Shown here in pieces: positions 62,880 to 64,000 of a stretch of DNA of 64,000 nt. The stretch's first letter is position 1, and every line of letters starts with the position of its first letter. The translations under genes were made by a program, and so were the position numbers. The stretch spans positions 1,255,036 to 1,319,035 of the forward strand of contig NC_057752.1 in assembly GCF_004010195.1 (NCBI RefSeq), written 5' to 3'. The notes below the pieces were generated by a model. The model was given only the letters and a program-made list of their open reading frames with translations, searched no databases and was not told the origin of the DNA. Source of the stretch: Chiloscyllium plagiosum. Lineage: Eukaryota.

Positions 62880-63760
62880 GACAGACAAGGAACAAGAGTC
62901 GGTCACTCAGCCCTTTAAGCCTGTTCCGCCATTAAATAAGATCGCAGCTGATCTGATTTCAACCTCAACTCTACACTTCTGCATATCCCTCGATAATCTT
63001 TCATCCCCCTTGGTTATCAAGAATCTATCTCCCTCTGCCTTCAACATATTGAAAGATTCTGCATCCACTGCCTTTTGAGGAAGGGAATTCCAAAGACTCA
63101 ACTCTCAGAGAGAAAAAGAAAATTTCCTCATCTGTTTTAAATGGGCAGCCACTTATTTTAAAACCATGACCCCTAGTTTCCTCATCTCCGTTTTAAATTT
63201 TAAAACAATGACTCTAGTTCTAGAATTCTCCCACAAGAGGAAACATCCTTTCCACACCCACCCGGTAAAGTCTCCTCAGGATTTTATATGTTTTAATTAA
63301 GTCACCTCTGACTCTTCTAAACTCCAGATGATACAGGCCCAGCTTGTCCAACCTTTCTTCATAAGGCAATCTGCATATTCCAGGGAATAGTTCAGTAAAC
63401 CATCTCTTAATCGGTTCTAATGCAGCATACCACTCCATCAGTGACCAGTAGAGTCATAGTATCAAACAGCATGGAAACAGACCCTTCAGTCCAACCAGTC
63501 CATACCACCCATAATCCCAAACTAAACTAGTCCCACCTACCTGCTCCTGGCCCATATCCTTCCAAACCTTTCCTACTCATGTGCTTATCCACATGTCTTT
63601 TAAGCGTTATAACTGTACTCACATCCACCACTCACTCAGGAAGTTCATTCCACAGACAAACAAGTCAAAAGAATTTGCCCCTCATGTCTTTTTACCGATA
63701 ACAGGGCAACCAGAACTGGACAAAGTATTCCAGAAGGGGCCTCACCAACGTCCTGGGCAA
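62880..63760 (-). mobile_element. CR1-type LINE 3' fragments (two families)
   Basis: LPYEERLDKLGLYHLEFRRVRGDLIKTYKIL; second tail at 63450. Confidence 0.8.
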
Positions 63761-64000
63761 CGGAAGTATACTTTGCTCTTGGAGATGAACTGAAGTATTG
63801 AAAATGAGCAGGCAGATTTTAACCTACTAATCATCAGCTGTACTGTATTATCGGAGGAATTCGCCAAAAGAAATCAAGCGTGTTAGACTTCATAAGCTTA
63901 GCTTTTATTTGTTTCTTATTAATGGCTTCTGGTAGTAAACCATAATTAGGCTTAATTCACACTTTTAAGCAAATGTGCTAAATTAATAAAGAGTCCAGAA

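Overview
Vertebrate genomic DNA, most likely a shark (elasmobranch), judged from HE1/V-SINE-type tRNA SINEs with (CTAAT)n tails and abundant CR1 LINEs; the taxon is an inference. The only host gene I can support is tetraspanin CD63 on the + strand. Six coding exons lie at 2876-12658, all flanked by canonical AG/GT sites, all phase 0, ending in the lysosomal sorting motif GYEVM-stop. The first coding exon is not seen and probably lies upstream of the window. A repeat-free ~2 kb probable 3'UTR follows. The remaining ~49 kb is mostly decayed retroelements (CR1, L2, Rex1/Babar, L1, Penelope, SINEs, a possible Gypsy remnant). Highlights: (i) minimal hammerhead-ribozyme cores with covarying stem II in several Penelope terminal-repeat families; (ii) three LINEs whose reverse transcriptase has been removed by internal deletion, including an ORF1-retaining 'half-L1'; (iii) a 17 x 49-bp minisatellite derived from a Penelope terminal repeat; (iv) candidate regulatory islands with RFX, E2F, MiT/TFE, NF-kB and ETS motifs. 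Repeat boundaries are approximate and family names come from motif recognition, not database searches.
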